Counted from the first letter of the stretch, positions 7,929-17,617 are shown. The stretch is 61,900 nucleotides of DNA from Candidatus Paceibacter sp. (GCA_020724865.1 DYGA01000003.1:1-61900); one strand, 5' to 3'. The notes: a model not told the origin generated them from the sequence alone. Program-made: numbers and translations.

Positions 7929-8139
7929 TGTCATCCAGACGTGTCATCCTGAATTTATTTCAGGATCTATTTTAGATTCCGAAACAAGTTCGTAATGACA
8001 TTTATATTTTATTATCATTCTGACTTGCTTGTCACGTCACTCTGATTTATTTATCTTTGTCACCCTGATTCGTTTGTTTATGTAATCCTGAATTTATTTC
8101 AGGATCTATTTTAGATTCCGAAACAAGTTCGGAATGACA
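7929..8139. repeat. Hairpin-module repeat, locus B (two direct 59-nt units plus an inverted middle segment)
   Basis: Units 7942-8000 and 8081-8139 differ at 2 of 59 positions. Each holds ATCCTGAA-TTTAT-TTCAGGAT and ATTCCGAA-ACAAG-TTCGGAAT hairpins. Sites 8055-8068 and 8036-8045 are exact reverse complements of 4269-4282 and 4289-4298. Confidence 0.7.
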
Positions 8140-8180
8140 ATTATTTAAATCATAAATCTTACTTCTTCAATCATACTTTT

Positions 8181-9116
8181 TCATTTTATCAACTCTTTTA
8201 ACAGAAAAATTTTTTCTTTAGGTACGGCAATTAGATTATCGTAATTTGATATATCAGGAATAAATTTAGGATTTTTTAAATTGCCATTCAGGTCAGCTTC
8301 AAAAATTTGGTAATTATTTTCCCTCAATATAGCAATAGAGGTGTTTTTATTTTTTTCCCACTCTTTTTCAAAGGTTATTTCAATACTAATTAATGGGCGA
8401 TTTTTTGAAGCTAATATCTGTTTCATTCCTTGTAATATTTTATATTCAGCACCTTCCGCATCGATTTTTATAAAATCAGGGGTAATTTTATTTTCTTGAC
8501 AAAAGTTATCAATATCTGTAGTCGGTACAGTAATATGTTTTTCTTCTTTGTGCAGAAAAGCATAATTATTTTCTTGACGATTTTTAAAAGTATTGAAAGC
8601 ACTATATTTTGGTCCATAATCCAAAAAATCGATTGAGGTTTTTTTATCCAGTGCAGCTAGATTGAAATGATAAATGTTTTTGTTTTTTGCTAGTTGGCTG
8701 TTTAGTTGCAAAGAATAAAATGTCCTTGGTGTTGGTTCTAAAGCATATACTTTACCTTGCGATTCAACCAAGTGTGAGGCTAGCATTGAATAGTAGCCAA
8801 CATGAGCACCTATATCCAAAAATGTATAACCTGGTTTTAGAAAATTAATCAAAAAATTGGTTAAATTGGCTTCAAAAAATCCGTAATACTGTAAAGCATT
8901 TGCTTCTGGTAGGTAGTAGGTCATCTTTTGTCCCCAAAGTGTTTTTTTATAAACGCGATAAGGTTTTATGTAGGCGAGTAGAGCCATAATATAAAAAATG
9001 CCTGTTCGTATCGGGTCTTTGATTAGTCTTTTTAACCGATTATTGTTCAATTTATATAACTCATAACGATGTAATATTTTGAATTTTAAATTATTTTTAT
9101 CTATAGTAGTTGGCAT
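8181..9116 (-). CDS. FkbM-family SAM-dependent methyltransferase
   Basis: FLDIGAHVGYYS...VYALEPTPRTF...IKIDAEGAEYKIL matches the Methyltransf_21/FkbM pattern. Confidence 0.8.
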   Translation of the reverse strand: MPTTIDKNNLKFKILHRYELYKLNNNRLKRLIKDPIRTGIFYIMALLAYIKPYRVYKKTLWGQKMTYYLPEANALQYYGFFEANLTNFLINFLKPGYTFLDIGAHVGYYSMLASHLVESQGKVYALEPTPRTFYSLQLNSQLAKNKNIYHFNLAALDKKTSIDFLDYGPKYSAFNTFKNRQENNYAFLHKEEKHITVPTTDIDNFCQENKITPDFIKIDAEGAEYKILQGMKQILASKNRPLISIEITFEKEWEKNKNTSIAILRENNYQIFEADLNGNLKNPKFIPDISNYDNLIAVPKEKIFLLKELIK

Positions 9117-10019
9117 TTATTTAGTATTAATTATATCTAAAAATATACTAGCACTTTTTTTATTAGTAAAATTAGTTAACGCGTATTGTCGTGGAGTAAA
9201 GTTAGTTAGATTGTTTAACATTTCATTTAGTTTATCGATAAAATCATTTAATGAGCTAAAGAATTTACCACATTCATTTGTTAGATAAGGGCTTGATAAT
9301 TTAGTATCAGTTATTATATGTTCTTTGTATTGTATTTTACCTTGGTTCCAAACCAGTGTGGGGACATCTCGCATCCACGCTTCTTGCTGGGCAATGCCTT
9401 GGCTTTCTGATTGGGTCAGGAATATTGCCAGTTTAGTTTTGTTTAATTTAGTAAAATAATTAGCTTGTTTGTATTTCCCGTATTTAATTATATCTACTTT
9501 ATAATTTTTTAACTTTACACTTTCAACCAGACGATTTAATAAATCGTCTGGTGAATTTTTTTGATAAACTAAAATTGTGTCTCTTTGAGCTAAAGGTGTT
9601 GGCTCTCCTGGGTCGTCAACCCCAGCTGGCCAAATATATATTTTATCTTTGATAATAGGGGACAGGGAGGAATAAAAATTTTTAGTCCATTCACTAGGTA
9701 ATATTATTTTATCAATCAAAGGATGTTCATAGATAGCATTTGCTTCTTTTGGAGTTACTACAATATTTGGACCAGCAAGTAAAGTTTTTATTTTACCTTG
9801 TTGTTTTTGCTTTATAGCATAGCGTAGGGCTTTGTGATTTTGCAAAACCGCTACTGTATCAGTAGGATATTTTGGATTCAATACATATTTATAACCCAAC
9901 TCAGCCAATCCTTTTTGCAAACTTATAGCCACCATTTGCGGTCCTCGCGCTGGCCTCAAGGTTTCCTTTATATAATCAATTGGGGAGAAGGGTGGTTTAG
10001 TGAGTAGTGTGAGAGTCAT
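9117..10019 (-). CDS. Hypothetical protein, possibly a GT-B-fold glycosyltransferase
   Basis: Only the C-terminal segment FLTQSESQGIAQQEAWMRDVPTLVW resembles the GT-B sugar-donor region. Operon context is consistent. Weak call. Confidence 0.35.
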   Translation of the reverse strand: MTLTLLTKPPFSPIDYIKETLRPARGPQMVAISLQKGLAELGYKYVLNPKYPTDTVAVLQNHKALRYAIKQKQQGKIKTLLAGPNIVVTPKEANAIYEHPLIDKIILPSEWTKNFYSSLSPIIKDKIYIWPAGVDDPGEPTPLAQRDTILVYQKNSPDDLLNRLVESVKLKNYKVDIIKYGKYKQANYFTKLNKTKLAIFLTQSESQGIAQQEAWMRDVPTLVWNQGKIQYKEHIITDTKLSSPYLTNECGKFFSSLNDFIDKLNEMLNNLTNFTPRQYALTNFTNKKSASIFLDIINTK

Positions 10020-10022
10020 TTT

Positions 10023-10826
10023 TTAAGTTTTAATTAAACAAATAGTTTTATTTGTTCCTTGGCGCACAAATTCTTCTTTATTTAATTTAAGGTCATAAGT
10101 TTGTTGTAGATTAGGAAAATTAATTTTTATCCAATTAATCCATTGATTAGTATTCATTTGTGTCTGATGTAATTCAATACCATTTCTGATATCAGAAGTA
10201 TGTGTTGTAGAAAAAATAAAGTACCCCCCCTTAATTAAATGTTTATTAATCATTTTAAAAGTATTATAAAGATCTTTTTTATTAATATGTTCCATTACCT
10301 CCCATGCCGTAATGCAGTGAAAAAGATGTGTTTTGCCATTAATGTATATTTGATAATCTTTTACAATATCACAAGTAAATAAATTTTTATTTGATAATTT
10401 TTCCCAGCTGGCGCGTTTATGTTTTAATGAAAAGTCAGAGCCTTCAAGACCTACAGCAAGGTATCCTATATTTACAAAATCGTTGACCATACTACCACCT
10501 GCACATCCAAGATCAAGTATACTTAAAATTTGGTTAGGAAATTTTTTTTCCAAAATATTATTTATTTTTATTACAAATATTTTATTTGTGTTATTATCGT
10601 TTTTTGTTCCGGTAGGAACAATATGATCGGGAGATTCATAAGCTACTGGGTTTTCTGTAAGTACTTGAATTTTTGCATCTATTATATTTTTTTTCTTGAT
10701 GTCATAAATTAAACCATATACTAGCAGTTTGAATAACTTGATAATTTTATTAAAAAGTAAATTATATTTTTTTACTCTTATTAATTCTAATCCTGCTAAG
10801 ATATAGTTATAAATCTTTTTTATCAT
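10023..10826 (-). CDS. Class I SAM-dependent methyltransferase
   Basis: SAM motif I ILDLGCAGGSMVNDF and a downstream acidic loop (AVGLEGSD). Confidence 0.7.
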   Translation of the reverse strand: MIKKIYNYILAGLELIRVKKYNLLFNKIIKLFKLLVYGLIYDIKKKNIIDAKIQVLTENPVAYESPDHIVPTGTKNDNNTNKIFVIKINNILEKKFPNQILSILDLGCAGGSMVNDFVNIGYLAVGLEGSDFSLKHKRASWEKLSNKNLFTCDIVKDYQIYINGKTHLFHCITAWEVMEHINKKDLYNTFKMINKHLIKGGYFIFSTTHTSDIRNGIELHQTQMNTNQWINWIKINFPNLQQTYDLKLNKEEFVRQGTNKTICLIKT

Positions 10827-12052
10827 AATTTTATTCTATATTTTTTAAATTTAAAGAAAAAATAAATTGTTCCTAAAATAGGTCTAATAGTTTGAGTATA
10901 GTGGAGAGAGTAGAAAAATCTTCTTATTTTATTTGGGAAAGGATTTTCTATAACGTCAAAATAAATATTTTCTATTTTTTTTATTTGATTTTTAAGATCA
11001 TAATTATTTAAAAAGTTTTTTTTAGCATTGATGGACCTCATTGTATAATACTCTTTGTTGTATTGTAATTTTTTCATTTCCTCAGCATATTCATTTGCAG
11101 TTTTTACCACAATGCCAGCATTTCCAATTGTTTCAATGTGACCATTATTTATCTCGGAAAAATGGCTGATTATTGGTTTACCAAAATGCATTGCTTCTGC
11201 AATTGCTTGCGAGTTGTTTTCACCATCTTTCCTACCATGAGCAAAAACATTTAGAGTATTTAAAAATTTAAATATTTTATCTTTATCACCAGTTGGTGGT
11301 AAGAAATATATATTTTTTATTTTCAGTTCCTCTGCTTGTTTTCTGTATCTATCTGAACCTCCTAGTATAATAAAATAATTGTTTTCTTTTTCAATTTTTT
11401 TATATGCATCCAGAGGAATAGAGGAAAAAATTTTATCATCAGGTCTTTGGTGAAAGCCAAAAATAAATTTGTCTTTAATATTTAATTCATGCTTATAGTC
11501 TCCATATTCTTTATTAGGTATTTCTATGGGCAATGAAACACGAACAATTCTTTTTTTGTCACCACCCTTTTTTATCCATTGTTTAGCCATATAGTCAGTT
11601 ATATGCATAACTCTTGAAATATTATATTGATTGTCAGCGCCTGCGTTTAAATGAATTGAGTCTACTATGGGAGTATTTTTAATTTTATTGAAGGGGTATT
11701 CCATCCTACCTGGTTTTCCAGTTTGAATTATGTCATACTTTTTTTCGTCAAAAATTTGCCAAAAATCCGTATTAATCCATTTATGTGTATAAGTAGAGAG
11801 ATCAATACTGCCAATATTGAATTTAATTAAATTTACCCCATGTTCCTTCATAAATTTTATTCTCTCTGGGTCGGTGTCAAGATAATTTAAATCAGAGTAT
11901 AATACTTGTGTTTTATCAGAATAGTAGTAATCTACCGCAAATTTATCTTTTGATAAGTTGGCAGCAATAGTTTGTAAAAATTTTTCTGTTCCTCCAATTG
12001 AAAGACCTCCTGATTTAACAAAAGCGATTTTTATTTTTTTTGTTTTATCCAT
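10823..12052 (-). CDS. GT-B-fold glycosyltransferase (GT4-like)
   Basis: N-terminal SGGLSIGGTEKFLQTIA and C-terminal GENNSQAIAEAMHFGKPIISH (an EX7E-like region). It overlaps both neighbours by 4 nt or lies in tight spacing with them. Confidence 0.6.
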   Translation of the reverse strand: MDKTKKIKIAFVKSGGLSIGGTEKFLQTIAANLSKDKFAVDYYYSDKTQVLYSDLNYLDTDPERIKFMKEHGVNLIKFNIGSIDLSTYTHKWINTDFWQIFDEKKYDIIQTGKPGRMEYPFNKIKNTPIVDSIHLNAGADNQYNISRVMHITDYMAKQWIKKGGDKKRIVRVSLPIEIPNKEYGDYKHELNIKDKFIFGFHQRPDDKIFSSIPLDAYKKIEKENNYFIILGGSDRYRKQAEELKIKNIYFLPPTGDKDKIFKFLNTLNVFAHGRKDGENNSQAIAEAMHFGKPIISHFSEINNGHIETIGNAGIVVKTANEYAEEMKKLQYNKEYYTMRSINAKKNFLNNYDLKNQIKKIENIYFDVIENPFPNKIRRFFYSLHYTQTIRPILGTIYFFFKFKKYRIKL

Positions 12053-12066
12053 CTTTATTGTTTGGG

Positions 12067-12849
12067 TTATTTTATATGTAAGTTTAAAAAATCTAGCATT
12101 CTTTTGAAAAAAGGTATAATTTTTTTAAGTATTTTATATGGTAATACTTTTATTACTAATTTTACTATTTTCTGTTTTTTATTTATTCTTATTTTTCTAT
12201 CCCAATTTATATTTAAAATATCTCCTTTAAATCCATCATGATTTTCGTCATTGAAATTTATTTGTTGAGGTAGAAGACCTGCTTCATAGAGGGTTCGAAT
12301 ATCACCGCCATCCCTTCTTAATTGAGGTAATAAAAAATTGCCATTCTGGACGATAGCAGCGACATTATAACCATATTGAATGAATTTTCCTGTTTTTACA
12401 TTGAAGCCGTTAAGTAACAATACATAGATTAGTTGTCCAACATTCCAACCTGTTGTCGCATGACCAGAAATAACATAATTTGAATATGGGGGTACAAATA
12501 TAAGTAAATAACCATCATTTTTCAATACTCTTTTTATCTCTTGTAATACAATACCTACATCTAGACAATGTTCCAACACATGACTAAGTACAACAGCATC
12601 AAAAGATTTATCTGGGAAAGGCATTTTTTCAACATAGCAGTCAATAATTGATATATTATTCTCAGTAAATTTTTTTTTGTTAATATTATAGGAATCTATT
12701 TCGATACCAGTTGCTGTTACCTTTTTACCTTTGTTTGCAAACCAAAGGGATATTTCACCGTCGCCTACGCCTATATCAAGTACAGTATTTATTTTATCAA
12801 GAGGAGCGTCTTCTAATAGAGTAAGTATATCTAACATTCTTTGGTCCAT
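12067..12849 (-). CDS. Class I SAM-dependent methyltransferase
   Basis: VLDIGVGDGEISLWFANKGKKVTATGIE and FDAVVLSHVLEH are Methyltransf_11-type motifs. Confidence 0.75.
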   Translation of the reverse strand: MDQRMLDILTLLEDAPLDKINTVLDIGVGDGEISLWFANKGKKVTATGIEIDSYNINKKKFTENNISIIDCYVEKMPFPDKSFDAVVLSHVLEHCLDVGIVLQEIKRVLKNDGYLLIFVPPYSNYVISGHATTGWNVGQLIYVLLLNGFNVKTGKFIQYGYNVAAIVQNGNFLLPQLRRDGGDIRTLYEAGLLPQQINFNDENHDGFKGDILNINWDRKIRINKKQKIVKLVIKVLPYKILKKIIPFFKRMLDFLNLHIK

Positions 12850-12892
12850 ATTTTATAAATTAAATTTTTTAATAAAATAATGTTTGCCTTGT

Positions 12893-13349
12893 TTAATAAT
12901 TTATAATAAGATAATTATTTTTTATATCACATTTTATCACCATTTTCACGTCTTTAGGGGGATCGCTTATTAAGATTGATTGTTTGAGATCAATGTTATA
13001 TTTTTACTTGCTTGTATAAGTTGTTTTGATTTTCGGCAATTACATTAATTTTTATTGTATGGGTAGTAAAATATATCCAGTATATCGTTTTTCTTTTTAA
13101 CTTTTTTCAACATAAAGGCATATATAGTTTAAAGTTTTTTCCAGTTAAAATTCCTCTGGCTATACCGCGTTTGTTTGTAATTATAGTAATTTTGTATCTT
13201 TTTTGAATAAGCATGACAAGCAGTTCAAAAATTCCTTTGTTGAATTTAAAATCATTTAATTTAGTGATATATTCATGAGGTTTAGAATTTTTATTTATCA
13301 CTATATTCCTGTCAATAAAAGCAATTTTTATTTTATTATTTAGCATCAA
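12893..13349 (-). pseudogene. gmhB: Decayed D-glycero-D-manno-heptose 1,7-bisphosphate phosphatase (HAD family)
   Basis: The 80-aa ORF (13107..13349) aligns to the GmhB N-terminus (KIAFIDRNIVIN..ITIITNKRGIARG). The rest of the gene is readable downstream across a frameshift and in-frame stops: ILDIFYYPYNKN*, CNCRKSKQLIQASKNITLISNNQS**, ISDPPKDVKMVIKC. Motif I DxD has become DRN. Confidence 0.65.
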
Positions 13350-13920
13350 AATAATCTTTAAAATAGTTGGTTAGTAAGTGTAGTAATAATCCGTGTGCGC
13401 TTTCAACTACACCATATTCTCCTTTATCGGTAGGTATGTGTAGTTTTGCATCGGCTATTTTGTATAGTCTTCCACCATCAAAACCAGTTAGACCAATAAC
13501 TGGAATATTGTTTTTCTTGCATAAGTCGACGGCTTTGATAATATTTTCTGAATTTCCAGAGCTGCTAATTGCTATAACACAATCTGTTTCTTTGAGATAA
13601 TTTTTTAAAGGTCCAGCAAAAACCATATCATAACCAACGTCATTTGCCCAAGCAGTAAGTTCTTCTTCCGTGGTTGGTATTCTAATAGCTTGAAAGCGTT
13701 TTATATTTTTTTCTAAGTTGTGACTAAAAACAGTTTTATTGAAATCACTAACCCAATGTGTTGCTAGTGCCAATGAGCCACCATTGCCAAATATATATAT
13801 TCTGCCGTCGCGTTCATATGTTTCTTCAATTATATGTATAGCTTTGGCTATTTCTTGATTAGATATTTTTTTTATTGCTACTTCTGTTTTTTTTATAAAA
13901 TTTTCAATATATTTATCCAT
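13336..13920 (-). CDS. gmhA: D-sedoheptulose 7-phosphate isomerase (SIS domain)
   Basis: IYIFGNGGSLALATHWVSDF and AISSSGNSENI are SIS/GmhA motifs. I prefer the internal Met (MDKYIENF), which leaves a 4-nt gap to hddA. The track ORF extends to 13992. Confidence 0.8.
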   Translation of the reverse strand: MDKYIENFIKKTEVAIKKISNQEIAKAIHIIEETYERDGRIYIFGNGGSLALATHWVSDFNKTVFSHNLEKNIKRFQAIRIPTTEEELTAWANDVGYDMVFAGPLKNYLKETDCVIAISSSGNSENIIKAVDLCKKNNIPVIGLTGFDGGRLYKIADAKLHIPTDKGEYGVVESAHGLLLHLLTNYFKDYFDAK

Positions 13921-13924
13921 ATTT

Positions 13925-14932
13925 TTATGAATTATTGAATAAAATGTCAGTTCCCGATTGGGTAAATCTAAATGGAATTTCTTCGAATTCATATAACCCT
14001 AGTGATTTAGTAAAGTTTTCTAGATTTTTTTTAAGTTCATTTTTTTTATTTGGTTCAGATATAAATAGTAAACATCCGCCATTGCCAGCTCCTAGTATTT
14101 TACCGCCCCAAGCTCCATTTTTAAGAGCAAATTGATAAATTTTATCTATTTGTGAGTTGGAGATATTTTCGGATAAACTTTTTTTTCTGAGCCAGCTTTC
14201 ATGTAGCATTTCAGCAATTTTTTTGTAGTCAGATTTTAAAAGATATTTTTTGAAGTCATATACTGAGTCTGACATTTTTTTGTAAGTTTCTAATTGATTT
14301 GGCAATTTTTGTTGTTGTTTGGCTAGTACATCTGAGGCATTTCTAGTCATGCCTGTGTAAAATAATGATAAATGTGAGTTGAAGTTATTAAGTTGTTTGA
14401 AATCCATTAATACAGGTTCCACGTTCACAGATTCATCTGGGTTGAATTGAATTATATTTAATCCACCATAAGCAGCAGCGTATTGATCTTGTTTTCCAAT
14501 TGGTTCTTTTAAAATTTCAATTTCTAAACGGCTGGCTTCTTTAGCAATTTTTTCTTTACTAGCATTTTCTCCTTGCAAAGCGTAAATTGCTTTGATCAGA
14601 GCACAACTAAAACTAGAAGAAGATCCTAAACCAGTTTTACTTGGTAAGTCAGCAATACTGCTTATTTCTAAAGGTTTATCAGAATTTTTATAATACTCTT
14701 GTATAGCAGCCCGAAAACGAGTATTTTTTATTTCATTTGGGGACCGAACTATTTCTGTTAAACTATATTTTAAAATAAAATCTTTGTTAAAAACATTTTT
14801 ATTTAAAGCAATATAGACATATTTATCTATAGTGGTTGATATAACTCTTCCTGGATATTGATGATAAAATTTAGGTAGATCTGTACCTCCGCCAACGAAA
14901 CTTATTCGCAATGAAGCTCTGGTTATTATCAT
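13925..14932 (-). CDS. hddA: GHMP kinase, D-glycero-alpha-D-manno-heptose 7-phosphate kinase type
   Basis: RISFVGGGTDLPKFY at the N-terminus and the GHMP motif PSKTGLGSSSSF. The gene sits between hddC-like and gmhA genes. Confidence 0.7.
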   Translation of the reverse strand: MIITRASLRISFVGGGTDLPKFYHQYPGRVISTTIDKYVYIALNKNVFNKDFILKYSLTEIVRSPNEIKNTRFRAAIQEYYKNSDKPLEISSIADLPSKTGLGSSSSFSCALIKAIYALQGENASKEKIAKEASRLEIEILKEPIGKQDQYAAAYGGLNIIQFNPDESVNVEPVLMDFKQLNNFNSHLSLFYTGMTRNASDVLAKQQQKLPNQLETYKKMSDSVYDFKKYLLKSDYKKIAEMLHESWLRKKSLSENISNSQIDKIYQFALKNGAWGGKILGAGNGGCLLFISEPNKKNELKKNLENFTKSLGLYEFEEIPFRFTQSGTDILFNNS

Positions 14933-15660
14933 AATATTTTAAATAATTTATTAATTTTTTTCTTAGCTTGATTGTATGAATCTATGGTACCAATATCAAT
15001 AAAATAATCGTTCATAATATATATATAAACATTTGTTTTTTTTATTAGTATAGGTAAAATATCTTTTGCAAAATCAATTGGGTATTTTTTATAATTTTTT
15101 AAAAAAGAAAATACTTGATTGTTAAAGACATAAATACCGGCGTTGGCGTAGTGGCTTTTTATTTCTTCTGGTTTAGGTTTTTCTTTGAGTAACTTAATTT
15201 TTTTATTTCGGTCAAACTCTATTATTCCCTTGCTTTCAGGATTTTTTTCATAATAACTGACAATGGTTGCTACCCCATTTTTTTGTCTATGAAAGTTCAA
15301 TACTTTTTTAATATTAACATTAGTAAGATTATCTCCGTAGTAAACTAAAAAAGTTTTTTCTTTGACAAAGTAGTTTTTATTTTTAAGCAGAGTGCCTCCG
15401 CTGCCTAGAAGTGTGGGTTCGTAAGTTACTTTTATTTTTATATCAGTATGTTTTTTTTCATAATTACTTGCAAATTTTTTAATTTTATTTGACAAATAAT
15501 GAGAATTTATTAGGAATTTATCAAAACCATACTTATTTAGATAAGTTAAAGTATGTTCCAATAATGGTTTATTTCCGACTTTTATCAATGGTTTTGGCAC
15601 TTTGTTAGTAAGTGGTCGTAATCTAGTACCTAAGCCAGCAGCTAGTATCAAAGCTTTCAT
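14929..15660 (-). CDS. hddC: Sugar-1-phosphate nucleotidyltransferase, heptose 1-phosphate guanylyltransferase type
   Basis: MKALILAAGLGTRLRPLTNKVPKPLIKV is the NTP_transferase signature. Its position in the heptose gene set supports the call; substrate is inferred from context. Confidence 0.65.
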   Translation of the reverse strand: MKALILAAGLGTRLRPLTNKVPKPLIKVGNKPLLEHTLTYLNKYGFDKFLINSHYLSNKIKKFASNYEKKHTDIKIKVTYEPTLLGSGGTLLKNKNYFVKEKTFLVYYGDNLTNVNIKKVLNFHRQKNGVATIVSYYEKNPESKGIIEFDRNKKIKLLKEKPKPEEIKSHYANAGIYVFNNQVFSFLKNYKKYPIDFAKDILPILIKKTNVYIYIMNDYFIDIGTIDSYNQAKKKINKLFKIL

Positions 15661-16661
15661 GTTGTGTTTTTTAATTTATAATCAAAGGTGGTTTTAATAA
15701 TTTGTTCTATTTTTCTGTATTTTGGTTGCCATCCCAATTTTTTATATGCTAAAGATGAGTCGGCAATTAGTTGTGAAGGGTCTCCTGGTCTACGATTAAC
15801 AAATTCGTATTTAATTTTTAGGCCGGTAATTTTTTCTGTTGTTTTTATTAAATCTAATACACTATAACCTTTGTTGATGCCTAAGTTATAAAATTCACAT
15901 ATATTTTTTGTTTGTAATTTTTTTATCGCTAAAATATGTGCTTCAGCCAAATCATTTACATGTATATAATCTCTAATACCCGTACCATCTTTGGTAGGAA
16001 AGTTATGTCCATAAACATAAAATTTTTTTCTTAATCCTAAGGCAGTTTCAATTAATACAGGTATAATATGATTTTCCGGATTATGATATTCGCCTATAGT
16101 TTGTGATTCATCAACTCCTGACGCACAAAAATATCTAAACGAAATTGAATTTAATCCGTAAGCTTTATTATAATCGATTAAAAAATTTTCAAAAACTAAT
16201 TTAGTATACCCATAGGGATTAGTTGGATTTTTTGGATGATTTTCTTTGATAAATTTTGTTTTTGGTTCTCCGTAAATAGCCGCTGAAGATGAAAATATTA
16301 TTTTATTAATATTATTTTTTATCATCGCTTCTAATAAATTTAACCCCCCTATAATATTGTTTGCATAATAGTCAGCAGGATTTTTTACTGAATCAGGTAC
16401 ACTAGCTAGAGCAGCAAAATGTGCAACCAGATCTACTTTTTTTGATTTAAAGAATTTATTTAATTTATTTTTGTTTTTCAAATCAATATTATAATAATTA
16501 ATGTTTTTGTCTTTGATTATATTTTTTTTACCTTGCTGAAAATTGTCTAATACATATATATAAAATTTTTTAGTTAGATTTAGTTTATTTACAAAATGAG
16601 CGCCAATATATCCAGCACCTCCAGTTACACAAATATTTTTAATTAATTTTTTATTCTTCAT
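15657..16661 (-). CDS. NAD-dependent sugar-nucleotide 4-epimerase (GalE-like SDR)
   Basis: VTGGAGYIGAHF Rossmann motif, SSAAIYG, catalytic YGYTK, and a DYIHVNDLAEAH segment. Confidence 0.75.
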   Translation of the reverse strand: MKNKKLIKNICVTGGAGYIGAHFVNKLNLTKKFYIYVLDNFQQGKKNIIKDKNINYYNIDLKNKNKLNKFFKSKKVDLVAHFAALASVPDSVKNPADYYANNIIGGLNLLEAMIKNNINKIIFSSSAAIYGEPKTKFIKENHPKNPTNPYGYTKLVFENFLIDYNKAYGLNSISFRYFCASGVDESQTIGEYHNPENHIIPVLIETALGLRKKFYVYGHNFPTKDGTGIRDYIHVNDLAEAHILAIKKLQTKNICEFYNLGINKGYSVLDLIKTTEKITGLKIKYEFVNRRPGDPSQLIADSSLAYKKLGWQPKYRKIEQIIKTTFDYKLKNTT

Positions 16662-17617
16662 ATTGAAAAAATTTTATTTATCTTCCTTTTAATTTTTATT
16701 ATGGGTTGTAAATAGATATGTAACTTTGATGATTTTGGTTTTCTTCCTGTTCTTTTTATAAATTCATTTTCTAACTCTTTTATATCCCAAATTTCAAGAG
16801 GTTCAAAAAATTCTATGCCGTATAAATCAAAAAATTTTAAGAGTGCTGGTAAGTGCCAATCAAGTGGCAATTTTTCAACATTTTTTGGAAGATCAATCCC
16901 TTCTAACCATTCAGCAGGTGTATCTGAAAGATGAAATTGTTTTTTTTCAGCTGGATTATAGTATCGATTATTTATTTTAGCATAACTTTCTTGTTTTTCT
17001 ATAAGGTCAGAACATCTTACCCATGCTTGTTTTAGCATTAGATTTTTCCAGTTAACAGATGTAAAATGTAGACATACGCCTTGATTATTATTTATTTTAA
17101 TTATGTTTTCTTGTTTATTTTCACCTGGTGTTCTTCCAACGTGCATAAAATTATATTCGTGCTGCATCCCCGGTTTATCAAAAAAAATAAAATCTTTAAA
17201 ATTATCTTTAAATAGTGATCTCTTGTCATCTAGATATTGTAAATGATTTTTCCAAAGATAAATCCATTGCATAGAAATTTTTTGACCTGGCCGCAATTTT
17301 TTTATAATATCTTTTCCGTTTTTTAAAAAATTGGCAGATAAAACTTCATCAGCATCTAAGCATATAAAATGTGTTCCACCATGCTCACGCCCCAATTTTA
17401 ATAAATTTTGTCTTATAGAGTATTCTGGCCATCCACTTTTTAATTTTTCCTTATTTTCATATACAAAAGCACCAGCATCACATAATATTTGTTTTGAATT
17501 GTCAGTTGAACCGTCGTCAATTGCAATTATCTCATCAGCTATTTTTTTCATTGATGATAAATAGGTAGGAAGTATCCAAGACTCGTTTTTTACTGGAAGA
17601 AGGGCAATTATTTTCAT
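16658..17617 (-). CDS. Glycosyltransferase family 2
   Basis: LLPVKNESWILPTYL...IIAIDDGSTDNS and LDADE (DxD-type) motifs. Confidence 0.7.
   Translation of the reverse strand: MKIIALLPVKNESWILPTYLSSMKKIADEIIAIDDGSTDNSKQILCDAGAFVYENKEKLKSGWPEYSIRQNLLKLGREHGGTHFICLDADEVLSANFLKNGKDIIKKLRPGQKISMQWIYLWKNHLQYLDDKRSLFKDNFKDFIFFDKPGMQHEYNFMHVGRTPGENKQENIIKINNNQGVCLHFTSVNWKNLMLKQAWVRCSDLIEKQESYAKINNRYYNPAEKKQFHLSDTPAEWLEGIDLPKNVEKLPLDWHLPALLKFFDLYGIEFFEPLEIWDIKELENEFIKRTGRKPKSSKLHIYLQPIIKIKRKINKIFSI

Noticed and set aside
7929-8139. Possible CRISPR array (repeated ~59-nt units with an intervening sequence)
   Set aside because: There are only two direct units. The apparent spacer is itself an inverted copy of a repeat found at 4.27 kb. 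The units are internally hairpin-rich, and there are no cas genes. This fits a REP/MITE-like element instead.
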